A stretch of DNA of 64,000 nt from Eledone cirrhosa (Eukaryota): the NCBI GenBank assembly GCA_964016885.1, contig OZ024740.1:275776001-275840000 (forward strand). Reading direction: 5' to 3'. Positions 61,868 to 64,000 of this stretch are shown in pieces (the first letter of the stretch is position 1; each line of letters opens with the position of its first letter). The translations under genes and the position numbers were made by a program. The notes under the pieces are model-generated. The model did no database searches and had not been told where the DNA came from. It saw nothing but the letters and a program-made list of their open reading frames with translations.

Positions 61868-62760
61868 CTCATCATCATCATCATCATTATCGTTTAACGT
61901 CCGTGTTCCATGCTTGCATGGGTTTGGACGGGAGTTTTCCCACTTGAGGCAAGAGTGATTGTCTTGCTCGCATAGGACTGTCTGGCAGGTTTTCTACAGC
62001 TGGATGCCCTTCCTAACACCAACCACATTTACTGTGTGGGGCTGGGAGGTTTTTACCGTGTTGCCTACACGGCCACATTACAGCGTGTGGACTGTGTGTT
62101 TTTTTGTCGTGACACCTACATGATCTCATTTGTTTCGGCCTCTGGATGTTGTGGCACCAGCATAACTTTACATTGAAAGGGGCGGTGTGGATGGGGTGTG
62201 TGTGTGTGGGGGGGGGGGGTATTTTGTTAGAGATGCCTACTGACTGTAGTAGGTTTTACTTTGTATTTAGGTAAGGCGGGTCTTCTCTATTATTGAGTAC
62301 CGCCAAAGGTCTCGGTCCAGTGACATTGTCTTGGAGAGGTGTAAGTGTGTGAGGTCGGAATTTATCAGCTCGTCCCAGGTTTTTCTGGGTCTGCCTACTC
62401 CGTGGCTACCGTCTATCTTTATTGCCCTGCACTTTGTTATACAGCTGTCGTCTTTCATGCGCATCATGTGACCATACCAACGTAGCCTTTTCTCGAGTAA
62501 ACAACATCTGATCCCTCTTATTTCTAATTTTTTCCTTAGTTCATTTATGCTTTGCCGTTCACGTATATTACTATTACACATCCAGCGGAGCATGCAAGCT
62601 TCATTCCTCTCTAGTCTGCGTATATCCTCTGCACACAATGCCCAGGTCTCACTGCCATGCAACATTGCTGTTCGTATGCAGGCATCATACAACCTGCCTT
62701 TGATTTTTAGGGAGAACCCTTTAGCGGCTAATAGTGGTATAAGCTCTCTGAACTTTTTCC
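61868..62760 (-). mobile_element. 5'-truncated RTE-clade LINE, sibling of 46122-47208
   Basis: ORF 62267-62692 nearly identical to the C-terminal part of ORF 46542-47120; same 3' UTR and (GAT)n tail. Confidence 0.9.
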
Positions 62761-62955
62761 ATATTTATAAAACCATAATTATTTTATTATATATATTTCA
62801 AGGGCGACCAAGGTAAATTATGATGCGCTTTCATCAGATAAAATGCAGATTTATTTATAAAACAAATCTGTATTTTATCTGATGAAAGCACATCATAATT
62901 TACCTTGGTTGCCCTTGAAATATATATAATAAAATATTATGGTTTTACAAATGTA
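62761..62955. repeat. Near-perfect ~190-bp palindrome with a hammerhead on each strand
   Basis: Axis near 62857; hammerheads at 62780-62845(-) and 62871-62936(+): tattttat-CTGATGA..GAA-A-tatata-TA^ataaaata. Confidence 0.88.
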
Positions 62956-63101
62956 GTTTCCATTTATTAATATATTGTATATTTACTCCACTTAACTGTT
63001 GAGTGCTTTATATCAGTTATAAACATTTTTAAGCTTGTTTAATCCCAACAAATTAAATATAACCTCTGCATATATATATATATATCTTTTTACAATATGA
63101 C

Positions 63102-63140
<39 letters not shown>

Positions 63141-63432
63141 TATAGTTGTATGTGTTCAACATATATGGGCTTCTGTTAAAAGTTGATTAATATATTATCC
63201 GATATAGAACTCAGTATAAAATGTGGAAAATCACACACACATATGTTTAGATATATATACCCAAAAAGTACATGCAAACACACCACACACTTATATTTAT
63301 ATATATAAATGTATATATATATATAGAGAGAGAGATACATATACATGCTTATATATATATATATCATGGGATGATATATATATATATATATATAGATGCA
63401 TATATATGCTTATATATAGATATAGATATAGA

Positions 63433-63488
<56 letters not shown>

Positions 63489-63604
63489 TGTGTGTGTATA
63501 TATATATGTAAATATATATGTATATATATATGTATATATACATATATCCATATATCTATATATATACACATATACATACATACATACATACATATATATA
63601 TCTA

Positions 63605-63692
<88 letters not shown>

Positions 63693-64000
63693 CGTATACA
63701 CATATAGAGAGAGGGAATGAAAAAGTGAGGTAGTTGGTGTGGGGTGGGGGGGAGAAAATAGATTATTACAGACTGTATTAGATTACTGGACATGTGTTTA
63801 CTGATGTATCTAAAGCACATGTTTGAATATAGTGTAGATTTATGGTTCAATCATTTTACCAGACTTCCAGAACAAGAAATTTGCCAATATTTATTAACTT
63901 GAATTTTCTGTACTTGTAAACAATAATAAAAATATTAGTAAAAACTTAATGAATAGTATGAAAATAAATGATGTTCATGAAATTACTTGATAGCAAAATA

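Overview
AT-rich, microsatellite-dense animal genomic DNA with no host protein-coding gene I can support. The SINE types and repeat landscape suggest an octopus or other cephalopod (inference). Most ORFs in the track are translations of (TA)n, (TATG)n, (CA)n or (GAT)n. Recognisable elements: a near-full-length but disabled L1/Tx1-clade retrotransposon beside (TTA)n (~9.9-15.7 kb); two TIR-complete DD37D (maT) Tc1/mariner elements; RTE and R4/Dong-type LINE fragments; a Penelope-like RT fragment; two tRNA-derived SINE families; piggyBac- and hAT-type MITEs; a probable non-autonomous Helitron carrying a 91-bp tandem array; and a probable solo LTR. The main hidden signal is about 18 minimal type-I hammerhead ribozyme motifs with intact cores, plus several degenerate ones, between 17 and 63 kb. 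They fall into roughly ten sequence families with little flanking similarity, and nearly all have a palindromic stem III. They sit in short non-coding elements next to (TA)n tracts, arranged as fold-back inverted repeats, tandem dimers and chimeras, consistent with a large non-autonomous Penelope-like or retrozyme system. Coordinates were read by eye and may be off by a few bases.
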